From assembly GCF_020745735.1 (NCBI RefSeq), contig NC_083402.1, positions 7,254,001 to 7,318,000 of the forward strand: a DNA stretch of 64,000 nt, in the 5' to 3' direction. This stretch comes from Hemiscyllium ocellatum (Eukaryota). Positions 51,546 through 63,332 of the stretch are shown piece by piece. The translations under genes were made by a program, and so were the position numbers. Each line of letters starts with the position of its first letter. The stretch's first letter is position 1. Under the pieces are notes generated by a model. The model made no database searches and was not told the DNA's origin. It saw nothing but the letters and a program-made list of their open reading frames with translations.

Positions 51546-53450
51546 AGAGTCATAGAATCATGGAGATGTACAGCATAGAAACAAACACTTTGGTCCTACC
51601 GTCCATGCTGACCAGATATCCTAATCTAATTGGGTCCCATGTGCCAGTACCTGGCCCACATCCCTCTAATCCCTTCCAATTCATATACCCATCCAGATGC
51701 CTTCTAAATGTTGCAATTCTACCAGCCTCCACTTCTTCCTCTGGCAGCTCATTCCATACACACACAACCCTCTGTGTGAAAATATTGTCTCTTAGGTCCC
51801 TTTTACATCTTTCCACTCTCACACTCTCGGTCTGGACTCCCCCACCCCAGGGAAAAGACCTTGTCTATTTATCCTATCCATGCCCCTCATGATTTTAGAA
51901 ACCTTGATAAAGTCAGTCCTCAGCATCTGACAGTCCAGAGAAAACAACCTCTCCCTATAGCTCAAATCCTCTAATCCTGGCAATATCCTTGTAAATCTTT
52001 TCCTAATCCTTTCAAGTTTCACAACATCATTCAAATAGGAAGGAGACCACAATTGCATGCAATATCCCAACAGTGGCCTAACCAAAGTCCTGTATAGCTG
52101 CAACATGACCTCCCAACTCCTGTACTCAATACATTGACCAATAAAGGAAAGCATACCAAATGCTTTCTTCACTATCGTATCAACATGCAATTCTACTTTC
52201 AAGGAACTATGAACCTGCACTCTGAGGACTTTTTGTTCAGCAACACTCCCTCGGATCTCACCATTAAGTATATAAGTCCTGCTAAGATTTGCGTTTCCAG
52301 AATGCAGCATCTCACATTTATCTAAATTAAAATCCATCTGCCACTCCTCAATCCACTAGCCCAATTGATCAAGATCCTGTTGTACTCTGGAGTAACTTTC
52401 TTCACCATCCACTGTGCCTCCAATTTTGGTGTCATTTTTTTCATTAGATTAGATTAGATTACTTACAGTGTGGAAACAGGCCCTTTGGCCCAACAAGTCC
52501 ACACCGACCCGCCGAAGCGAAACCCACCCATACCCCTACCCTTACCTAACACTATGGGCAATTTAGCTTGGCCAATTCATCTGACCTGCACATCTTTGGA
52601 CTGTGGGAGGAAACCGGAGCACCCGGAGGAAACCCACGCAGACACAGGGAGAATGTGCAAACTCCACACAGTCAGTTGCCTGAGACGGGAATTGAACCCA
52701 GGTCTCTGGCGCTGTGAGGCAGCAGTACTAACCACTGTGCCACTGTGCCACCATGCCGCCCTGCAATCTTACTAAATATACTTCCTATGTTCACATCCAA
52801 AACATTTGCAAACATGACGAGAAGTAGTGGACCCAACACCAATCCTTGGGGCACTCCACTGCTGATAAGCCTGTAGTCTGTAAAACAAACCTCTACCACC
52901 ACCCTCTGTCTTCTACCTTCGAGCCAGTTCTGTATCTAAATAGCTAGTTCTCCTGGTATTCCATGAGATCTAACCTTGCTAACCAGTCTCTCAGGGGAAA
53001 CTTGTCGAACGCCTTATTGATGTCCATATAAATCATGTCTACTGCTGTAACTTCATCAATCCTCTTTGTTACTTCTTCAGAAAAACTCAATCAAGGTCAT
53101 GAGATATGATTTCCCACACACAAAGCCGTGCTGACTATCCATAATCAGTCCTTATCTTTCCAAATACAGGTAATCCTGTCCCTCAGAATTCCCTCTAAGA
53201 ACTTGGCCACCACTGATGTCAGGCTCACTGGCCTATAGGTACCTGGCTTTTCCTTACCACCTTTCTTAAATAGTGGCATCATGTTAGCCAATCTCCAGTC
53301 TTCCGCCAACTCACCTATGACTATTGATGACAGAAATGTCTCAGCAAAGGGCCCAACAATCATTTCCCGAGCTTCCCACAGAGTCCTAGGGTACACCTGA
53401 TCAGGTCATGGGGATTTATCCACTTTTATGCATTTCAAGACATCCAGCAT
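51546..53450 (-). mobile_element. CR1 fragments (interrupted by a SINE)
   Basis: Minus ORFs 51819-52337, 52672-52902 and 53145-53396 carry CR1 RT motifs. Confidence 0.88.
52444..52761 (-). mobile_element. HE1-type SINE inserted in a CR1
   Basis: Full head, core and (ttaga)n tail with many CpGs retained, suggesting a young copy. Confidence 0.9.
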
Positions 53451-53859
53451 CTCCTCCAGCATTTACAAAATATAAAAAAAATACTTTTGAAGAAGAATTC
53501 TGACAAGTTTAGGAGCTGGTGAATCTCACAGTGTTCCTTGAATTTGATCTGGGAAACAGTGCAGCCTGGGTATACATGTTAAGAACTTACTGTGAATTCT
53601 CAGTTCTAATGTCTGTTCACAACAGCTGCATAGGTTACACCTGCGAGAAAGTTACAGCAATCAGAACTGATCATAATTATAATCTCAGTTTGGCAGTAAT
53701 TACATGAAAGGATTTACCATGAAATTGTACTTTTCTTTATTCATCAATGGGATGTAGATGTCGCTGGCTAAGCCAGCATTTATTGCCCATCCATAGTTGC
53801 ACAGGTGGCAGTTAAGACTCAAACACATTTCTGTGAGTTTGAGAAATGCCTATATGCCT

Positions 53860-56410
53860 ATCCAATGACCATTTAAATACCCTTCAAGTTGGCGAGTCTA
53901 CTACTGTTGCAGGCTGTGCTTTCCATGCCTCCACTACTCTGAGTAAAGAAATTACCTCTGACATCTGTCCTATATTGATCACCCCTCAAATGGAAGCTAT
54001 GTCCACTCATGCTCGCCATTGCCATCTGAGGAAAAAGGCTCTCACTGTCCAACCTATCTAACCCACTGATTATTTTATATATTTCAATAAAGTCACCTCT
54101 CAACCTTCTTCTTTCTAATGAAAACAGCCCTAAACCCCTCAGTCTTTCCTCATAAGACCTCCCCTCCATACCAGGCACCATTCCATTCTCTGAACCCTTT
54201 CCAATGCTTCCACATCCTTCCTATAATACAGTGTCCAGAACTGTTTGCAATATGTTAAATGTGGCCGCACCAAAGTTTTGTACAGCTGCAACGTGATCTG
54301 AAAGCCAATCCCTCTGCCAATAAAAACTAACACAGCCTACGCCTTCTTAACAACCTTGTCAACCTGGATGGCAACTTTCAGGGATCTATTTACCTGGACA
54401 CTGAGATCTCTCTGTTCATCTACACTACCAAGAACCTCATTATTAGCTCAATACTCTGCATTCCTGTTACTCCTTCCAAAGTGAATCACCTCACACTGTT
54501 CCACATTAAACTCCATTTGCCACCTCTCAGCCCAGCTCTGCAGCTTACCTATGTCTCTCTGTAGCCCACAACATTCTTTTTCAATATCCACAACTCTACC
54601 GACCTTAGCGTCATCTGCAAATTTACTAACCCATCCTTCTACCCCCTCATCACATTTACATAAATGACAAACAACAGTGGATCCAAACCAGATCCTTGCA
54701 GTACCCCACCAGTAACTGAACTCCAGGATGAATATTTCCCATCAACCTTCACCCTCTGTCTTCTTTCAGTTAGCCAATTTCTGATCCAAACTGCTAAATC
54801 ACCCTCAATCCAATGCCTCCGTATATTTTGCAATAACCTACTGTGGGAAACCTTATCAAATGCCTTACTGAAATGCATGTATGCCACATCAACTGCTTTC
54901 CCTTATTTACCTGTTTGGTCACCTTCTCAAAGAACTCAAAGCATGACCTACGCTTCACAAAACTGTGTTGACTGTCCCTAATCAACTTATTTCTTTCTAG
55001 ATGATTATAAATCTGATCTCTTACAACTCTTTCCAGCACTTTACACACAACAAAAGTAAGGCTCACAGGTCTATAATTTCTAGGGTTGTTTCTACTCCCC
55101 TTCTTGAACAAGGGAACAACATTTTCCAATCTTCTGGCACTATTTCTGTAGACAATGATGACATAAAGATCAAAGCCAAAGGTTTGGCAATCTCCTCCCT
55201 GGTTTCCAAGAGAATCTTAGGATAAATCTTATCCAGCACAGGGAACTTATCTATTTTTGCATGTTCCAGAATTGCTAACACTTCCTCCTTCTGCACATCA
55301 ATCGCATCTAGTCTCGTAGCCTGTATCTTAGTATTTTCCTCAACCACATTGCCTTTCTCTAATGTGAATTTTGATGAAAAGTATTCAATTAGCACTTCCC
55401 CATCTCCTCTGGCTCCACGCACAACCTCCAACTACAATGCTTGATTGGGCCTAAGATGAAGGGCTTATGCTCGAAACGTCGAATTCTCTATTCCTGAGAT
55501 GCTGCCTGGCCTGCTGTGCTTTGACCAGCAACACATTTGCAGCTGTGATCTCCAGCATCTGCAGACCTCATTTTTTACTCTAATCTTAATCTAGCCATTC
55601 TTTTATTCCTGATATGCATACATAAAGCCTTAGGGTTTTCCTATCTCCCAATTACTTCTCATGTCCTCCCCAGGCTCTTCTTAACTCTCTCCTTAGGCCT
55701 TTCCTGGCTAATTAGTAACTCTCAAGAGCCCTAACTGAGCCTTCACATCTCATCCTAACATAAGCCTTGTTCTTCCTCTTGACAAGACAATCAACTTCCT
55801 TAGTAAACCATGGCTCCCGCGATTGACCACCTCCTCCCTACCTGACTGGTATAAACATTTTAAGGATCCGCAGTAGCTAGTCCTTAAATAAGCTCCACAT
55901 TTCTATTGTGTCCCTCCCCTGCAGTTTCCTTTCCCATCCTATGCATCCTAAATCTTGTCTAATCACATCATAATTGCCTTTCCCCCAGCTATAACTCTTG
56001 CCCTGTGGTATATACCTATCCCTTTCCATCCCTAAATTGTGGTTACTATCACCTAAGTGCTCACCCACCTCTGAATCCAACACCTGGTTGGGTTCATTAC
56101 CCAGTACTAAATCCAATGTGGCCTCATCCCTTGTTGACTTGTTTACATACTGTGTCAGGAAACCCTCCTGCATGCTTTAGACAAAAAAATGACCCCACTG
56201 AAGTACTCAAACTACCGTATTCCCAGTCAATATTTGAAAAGTTAAAGTCCCCCATAACAACTACCCTGTCATTCTATCACTATTGAGGATCATCTTTGTT
56301 ATCCTGTCCTCTACATCTCTGAAACGATTTGGAGGCCAAAGAAAACTCCAAATAGTGTAACTTCTCCTTTCCTGTTTCTAATCTCAGCCCATACTACCTC
56401 GGTAGACCAG
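53860..56410 (-). mobile_element. CR1 ORF2 remnant (interrupted by a Penelope terminus)
   Basis: Minus ORFs 53873-54181, 54639-55431 and 55877-56173. Confidence 0.88.
55455..55580 (+). mobile_element. Single-arm Penelope terminus with hammerhead remnant, inserted in CR1
   Basis: GATGAAGGGCTTATGCTCGAAACGTCGAATTC followed by a family-1-like tail. A related reversed fragment lies at about 11504-11580. Confidence 0.7.
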
Positions 56411-57482
56411 TAAGCGTGGTGGTTTCCTTCCCTAAAGGACACTAGTGACCCAAATGGCTATTTCCTGACAACTGACAATGGATTTCTGGTCAACATTAAA
56501 TTCTTAATTCAAGTCTTTTTTTTTAATTCAAATTCCACCATTTCCGAAGGCATGATTCAAAACTGATTATCTGGTTCTCTGGACTAGCAAAAAACCACAA
56601 GAACTGCAGATGCTGTAAATCAGAAACAAAAGCAGAGGTTGCTGAGAAAGCTCAGCAGGTCGGCAGCATTTGTGAAGTGAAATCAAAATTAATGTTTTGA
56701 TTCAGAGGGTCACCGAACCTGTAATGTTAACTTTGATTTCTCTTTTCAGAAGTTGCCAGACTGCTTGTGCTTTTTCAGCAACTTCTATTTATGTCTCTGG
56801 GCTAACTGTCCAGCAGTTTACCATGACGCCTTCATGATCCCCTTTTCCCTTATTTTTCTTCTGACCATCATAAACAGATTGGAAGTGACAAGCTGCTTCA
56901 CTGAAAGTTAAGTATCAACCAATGGGACAGTGGAGAGTATGTTTGCTTTCTGGTTGATGCAGGACAGCAACACCCCAATGAAGATGGACAGGTCAGCTGA
57001 CCAATGGCAGCAGCATTGAGATGAGGGGTTGTGGCTTGGAAGTTATGCAATCAAACCTCCATGATTGAACTGCCGAGCGTTGGGGATACCAAAAACAAGG
57101 AAATAGATCACACAGCCCCAACAGGCATTGTCTAATTCATGGGTGAATGGGCTTCTGAGCCTGCGGGGAGTTGAAGGATGAGGGGGAAAGGGAGAGAAAT
57201 TTAGGATTGGATTTTCACAAGAAATGTTGACTCACTCACTTCTGAATTAGCAACTCAGAGAGTCTTGGTATTTGAACTGAAGGAGAATAGTCTGTTATTG
57301 AGAAGGATAACTTTTAAACATTCGGAAAACATTTTGCAAAATGGCAAGTTATGTTGACGTACAATTTACCATCAGTTACCTTTTCAGCCTGTTCAGTGTG
57401 AGGATAATTACAGGAAAGTGGCACATTTACCCCAATATCAGCTCCCTTCAGTGTGAGGGTAATTATAGAAAAGAGAAACATA

Positions 57483-58795
57483 TCTGAGCTGGAAGGTTCA
57501 TTTTCAAACGTTTCATCACCATACTAGGTAACATCATGAGTGAACCTCCAGATGAAGCACTGGTGGTATTAACGAGTTTTGTAGCTCAGGTTGAGGTTGT
57601 GAATGTTGGTTTGCTCACTGAGCTGGAAGGTTCATTTACAGACATTTTGTCACCATACTAGGTAACATTTTCAGTGAGCTTCCAGATGAAGCACTGGTGG
57701 TGTAGCCCACTTTCTGTTTATATGTTTGGGTTTGCTTGGGTTGGTGCTCTTATTTTCTGTGGTGATGTCATTTCCTGCTCTTCTTCTCAGAGGGTGATAA
57801 ATGGGATTCGAGTCAATGTGTTTGTTGATAGAGTTCCAGTTGGAATGCCATGCTTCTAGGAATGTCTCTGTTTGGCTTGTCCAAGGATGGATGTGTTGTC
57901 CCAGTTGAAGTGGTGTCCTTCCTCATCCATATGTAAGGATACTAGTGAGAGAGGGTCATGGCTTTTTGTTGCTAGTTGATGTTCATGTATCCTGGTGGCT
58001 AGTTTTCTGTCTGTTTGTCCAATGTAGTGTTTGTTATAGCTTTTGCAAGGTATTTTGTAAATGACATTAGTTTTAATGTTGTCTGTATAAGGTCTTTCAA
58101 GTTAATTAGCTGCTGTTTTAGTGTATTGGTGGATTTGTGGGCTACCATGATGCCAAGTGGTCTGAGTACTCTGGTAGTCATTTCTGAGGTGTCTCTGATG
58201 TAGGGGAGAGTGGCTAGGGTTTCCGGATGTGTTCTGTCTGCTTGTTTGGGTTTGTTGCTGAGAAATTGGCAGACTATGTTCATTGGGAACCTGTTCCTTT
58301 TGAAAATACTGTATCGGTGATTTTCCTCTGCTCTGAGTAGTTTTTTCTGTGTTGCAGTGTGTGGTGGCTCATTGAAATAATGTTCTAATGCAGCTTTGTT
58401 TGTGGATGTTGGGATGATTGCTTCTGTAGAGTATGGTCATCACCTAGTATGGTGATGAAATGTCTGAAATGAACCTTCCAGCTCAGCGAGCAAATGTACA
58501 TCCAGAACTGGTGGCATGACCCACTTTCTGATAGAGTTTAGGTTTCCTTGGATTGGTGATGTAATTTCCTGTGGTGACATCTTTTCATGTGGTGATGTCA
58601 TTTCCTTTTTTTTTCTCAAGATGTGGTAAATAAGATCCAAGTCAATGTGTTTGTTGATAGAGTTCCAGTTGGAATGCCATACTTCTTGTAATTCTTGTGC
58701 ATGTCTCTGTTTGGCATGTCCTGGGATGGATGTGTTGGCCCAGTCAAAGTGGTGTCCTTCCTCATCTGTATGTAACAATACTAGTGAGAGTGTGT
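57483..58795 (-). mobile_element. Penelope element fragments with repeated terminal repeats
   Basis: ATLPYIRDTSEMTTRVLRPLGI.VAHK and GHHFDWANTSI..HAKQRHAQE remnants. Several copies of the gagctggaaggttc terminal repeat. Confidence 0.85.
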
Positions 58796-58871
58796 TATAT
58801 CTTTTTGTGGCTATTTGATTTCATTGAATGGCAATGATCTGGGACAAAACTAATTGACACTTAGTGTCACT

Positions 58872-59960
58872 GAGTCATACAGCACAGAAACAGGCTCTTT
58901 GGTCCAATTTGTCCATGCTGACCAGGTTTCCTTAACTGAATTAGTCTCATTTTCCTGTGTTTGACACATATTACTCTCAAACTTTCCTAACCATGGACCA
59001 CCAAATGTATTTTAAATTTTATAATTGTGCCCACCACAACCACTTCTTCTAGCAGCTCATTTCATACATGCACCACACTCTGTGTGAAAATGTTACCCCT
59101 CAGGTCCCTTTTAATTCTTTCCCCACTCAACTTAACCTATTCTCTCTAATTTTGGTCTCCCCTCCCCTGGGGAAAAGACCTTGGCTTATCTTATTTACCT
59201 TATCCATATCCTCCCTGGTTTTATAAATCTCTGCAAAGTCACCCCTGAGCCTTCTACATTGCCGGGGGAAAAAATCCCAGCATATCTAGTTTCTCCTTAT
59301 AACTTAAACCTTCCAGTCTCAGTGGCGTTCTTTTCCCTTTACTTTGCTCCCCTTCCAGTTTAATAACATCCATGACCAGAATTGTATACAGTACTCCAAA
59401 TGTAGCTTTATAATGTTTTGTACAATTGTTTAATGATGCCACAACTCCTGTACTCAGTGCTGTGACCGGTGAAGGCAAGTATGCCAAATGTCTTCTTCAC
59501 CATCCTGTCAAGCAGTGATGCCACTTTCCAGGAACTTTGTGTCTGTGCCCCGGTTTCTCTATTCGATAACCTCCCCAGCGACCTGCCATTAACTGTATAA
59601 GTCCTGCCCTGCTTTGTCTTGTTAAAATGCAACATTTATCCACATTAAACACCAGCTGCCATTATTCTGTCAGCTGACCAAGTTGATCAAGAATGCATTG
59701 CCTGAGGTAACCTTTTCCCATTTTCACAATATCACCAATTTTGGAGTCATCCACAAATTTACAAAACGTGCTTCCTATATTCTCAACCAAATCATTGAGA
59801 TGTATGATGAACAATAGTGGACCCACCACTGATCTCAACAGAACCCTGTTGGTTAGAGGTCCTAATCTGAATGAAAACTGTCTACCAGCAACCTCTGTCT
59901 CCTACCTTCAAGCCAATTCTGTATCCAATTGGCTAGTTCTCCCTGTATTCCTTGAGACTA
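58872..59960 (-). mobile_element. CR1 3' fragments
   Basis: Minus ORFs 59254-59487 and 59408-59635. Confidence 0.78.
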
Positions 59961-60039
59961 CCATGTGGAATTACTGACACCTGAACACACTGGCAGACAG
60001 CACAGTGGGATGGAACATGTCATTCAAATTAGTGAAATA

Positions 60040-60790
60040 TCCGGGCCGGCTAGCTCACTACTGATAGAGATAGATTGTATTCTATCTCGCTGGATAAGTC
60101 ATTCCGCCATTCCAGACTTTTGCTCAAAATATGAACTAGACGGGAACAACAATCCTAATAAGTAGAACTGTGGAGTTCTGACGAAGGGTATCTGAATTCC
60201 GTTTTCTCTCTCCTGATGCTGTGTTTCTTCGGCGCATCGTTTTTTTTTGTTTCAGAACACCGATAATGCCAGTACAGACTAATTGCAAGAAATTGAGTGC
60301 TTGGTTTGATGAACAGCTTCATAATTGCAGAGCGCTGCATCTTACATCTTGTTTCATTCTACAGTTTCTATCTCCAGCCGTTTCCTGGTGAGATGCAAAC
60401 TCCTGAAAAGTGCTCTCGCATGTCGGTTGGAATGCCCACAATTCCACGGCATGGGAAACTGCTCTATCTATAGAAGTGGGTTTCTGGGTAATCAGCGCGT
60501 GCTCTAACCATGCTAGGACCGTTGCTGTTGGTGCTGAAGGCCATCAATCAATCAGTCCAACGAATGGGAGCGAAGGAGGTACGAACTTTACCCCAGAGCT
60601 TTCTCATTGGCTGAAAGTCTACCACATTGGGGCACTGTGTTGCAAATTCAGGTGGAGAGGTTGGGGAAAGAAATTTGAGAGCATCGCGCCCAGCCGTGGA
60701 CACAATGGTGCAGTAATAAAAATCTGGGAGACTAAAAAGTCCAGAATAAGATGAGCTCAGGTCATTCGGAAGGTGGAGCGATTGTGGATG
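60040..60790. promoter_or_regulatory. CpG-rich promoter-like segment
   Basis: About 27 CpGs in about 750 bp by hand count, against a CpG-poor background. Reverse CCAAT box (ctcattggct near 60603-60612) and an ACTACA/SBS-like GGGAACAACAATCC near 60142. Confidence 0.5.
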
Positions 60791-61730
60791 ATGGAGGGAG
60801 GGATGTACAAGTGAGTCAAGGGAGTTCATAACAACGGTGTTACTTTTAAATCTGAGCCATTGTTTGATCAGAAGCTAAAGTCTATCAATGGAGACCAGAG
60901 TAATGGATGAAGGGGATTTAGTGTGAGATACAGGTAGCAGAGTTGTGGATGATCACACTATATGCAGATGTGAGCGGGACCAGAATATATTGGACCAAGG
61001 TCTAAGGCACAGGACATGGATGAGGGTTTCAGGAGCAGGTGCAGGGAGTGAGGTGGAGACATAGAACTTTTTAGAGTTTGAGTTTTCTGATATTAGTGAC
61101 TGTGAATATGTGGCATCTGAAAAATTAAAAGGTCTATTATCGGAGTGAACTCACTGATGTGTCAACAGGTGGAATGTGTGACTGTATCCCTTTCAACACT
61201 GGCAAGTGAATAGTGTTGGAACATGTTGGTATGCAGTGAGGTGAAATGGTTGCCTAAACCCAGCTCACCTTGGGTCAGAAATGAGAGGAAGTTTGTGAAG
61301 GGTTTAGTTCAGCCTCAAACAGTTCCCAGGGAGAGAGATGGAGGTTGTCTCCGGAGACCAGAATTTGTTAATAGTAACTGAATGAAATGCCCTTCTGGAT
61401 GTGAGATAAGCAGTTTGATAATTTATTGACTGTGGAGGAATGCGGAGTGACAGTGATGAGGTAGCGCTAGGTATTATCAGTGAACATGTGAAAACCAAAA
61501 CAGTTTATTTGGATGGTGTCACTCAGTGGCAGCATGTAGATGAGAAGCTTGGAGGACCAAGGATAGAACACTAAGTGACACCAAGTACAAGGATTTTGGA
61601 GAGGAAAGAGAGGTTGGAGATGGCACAGGACTTTGAATGATGCTTGAGTCAAAGGTAGTTTTCTTTCAGGATGCATGATGGTGGATGTTAATAAAAAGAC
61701 ACACCAGGAAAGAGAGAAAACTTCACTCAT
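60790..61730 (-). mobile_element. L2 LINE fragment interrupted by a 131-bp zinc-finger-derived insert
   Basis: The minus frame LLIYMLPLSDTI...FHMFTDNT is a decayed L2 RT motif (IYMLPL...FHxYADDT). Confidence 0.7.
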
Positions 61731-62075
61731 ATTATCGGTTAATATTGGTGACTTGGTTGGTCCACAGATGAGTGAGAATTGGTCAACATGTTCTCTGATA
61801 GGACATGAGGAGAGATGGGAAAGAAAATGGAGAAGGATGTGAGTTCAGGGTTAAGACAAGGAGCAGCATGTGAGGGAGTTTGAACCAGTGGACTGTAGTA
61901 TGTGAGGGTTGTAGCAGAGGCACTGCATCAGAAACAAATTCTGATGAAAATGACTCACTCCCAAATACGATTAACAGGAAAATCCAGTCATTTTAGTTAC
62001 TTGTGAAGTTGCTGGTGTCTTAGGGTCTCTTGTTGGAGTGAACAAGTTCTTTAGAACATTTAGTGCATTTCCTGC

Positions 62076-62950
62076 CATCTGAAAATTTAAAAGGTCTATC
62101 ATCAGAGTGAACTCACTGATGTGTCAACAGGTGGAATGTGTGACTGTATCCCTTTCAACACTGGCAAGTGAATAGTGTTGGAACATGTTGGTATGCAGTG
62201 AGGTGAGCTGAAAATGTGTTGCTGGATAAGCGCAGCAGGTCAGGCAGCATCCAAAGAGCAGGAGAATCAACGTTTCGGGCACGAGCCCTTCCTGAAGAAG
62301 GGCTCATGCCCGAAACGTCGATTCTCCTGCTCTTTGAATGCTGCCTGACCTGCTGAGCTTATCCAGCAACACATTTTCAGCTCTGATCTCCAGCATCTGC
62401 AGTCCTCACTTTCTCCATGCAGTGAGGTAAGATGATTGCCTGAACCCAGTCCCACAATGAGACCACCAGAGTGGTCTGTCCGCAGTATGAACATGTTGAT
62501 GAATCATCAGATGGTGAGAACGTTTATTGCATTTCCCACAATCTGAGCATTTTAAAGGCCTCTCATCAGATTGGACAGTTGATGGGACATCTGTCCTTGT
62601 CAACTTGTAAAGCATTTCCCACAATTTGAACTTTTAAAAGTTTCTTGTTATAGTGAACTTGTTGGTATATCAGCAGCTGGTATGATTGAGTGTATCCCTT
62701 GCCACACTCTGTGTGGGTAAACAGCCTCTCCCCAGTGTGAACTCGCTGATGTGCAGTCAGCTGGGATGGTCGGCTGAACCCAGTTCCACAGTGAGAACAC
62801 TTGAATGGTCTCTCATCAGTGAACAAGTTGATGCAACATCAGTTCTCCAGAATGTTTACAGCATTGCCTACATTCTGAATATTTTAAAGGACTCTCTCCC
62901 ATGTGAACTCTCTAGTGTCTCCAGAGAGTTGCATACAAAATGCTTGTTTT
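62076..62950 (-). pseudogene. C2H2 zinc-finger gene remnant
   Basis: Minus frames read [30 protein letters not shown] and ERPLKCSDCGKCNKRSHHLMIHQHVHTADRP. Frameshifts, lost Cys residues and a hairpin insertion at 62205-62416. Confidence 0.85.
62205..62416. mobile_element. Penelope-derived hairpin element, family 1, with an intact minimal hammerhead core
   Basis: 86-bp inverted arms (62205-62290 and 62298-62383, 82/86 identical). Core CTGAAGA-A-GGGC-TCAT-GCCC-GAAACGTC at 62292-62319. 12-bp TSD ATGCAGTGAGGT at 62193-62204 and 62417-62428. Confidence 0.85.
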
Positions 62951-63332
62951 TGTAAAGTCTTAAGTCTTTGATGTGATTTACAATTGAGTGGTTTGCATGA
63001 ATGGCATTGTTTCTATATGCTAAAATCTGCAACAGATACTTTGAATTTCATTTTATTTCATCTCAGTATGGCTCTTGAAGTCTACCTGTGATGGAGTTAA
63101 GTGAGTTATTAAGGAAGAAGACCATATGATGTAGAAGCTGAAGTAGGCCATTCATTCCATCAAGTCTTGCAGGTGCTGTGATTGGGGGGTTGGAAACATA
63201 TGAAATGGGAACCATTTGCAGGCAAAAGACTCCAAACAGACATCTGATGGTCTGTTCTTTTACCAGAATATGAACATCATTATCTTTTGACTGTGGAAGC
63301 AATTGTATTATGTTTTTTTTCTCAGTCTGAGA

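Noticed and set aside
56919-57005. Three CCAAT boxes (a similar pair occurs at about 14545-14590)
   Set aside because: No CpG enrichment, no TSS evidence and no linked gene. Could be LTR relics or chance.
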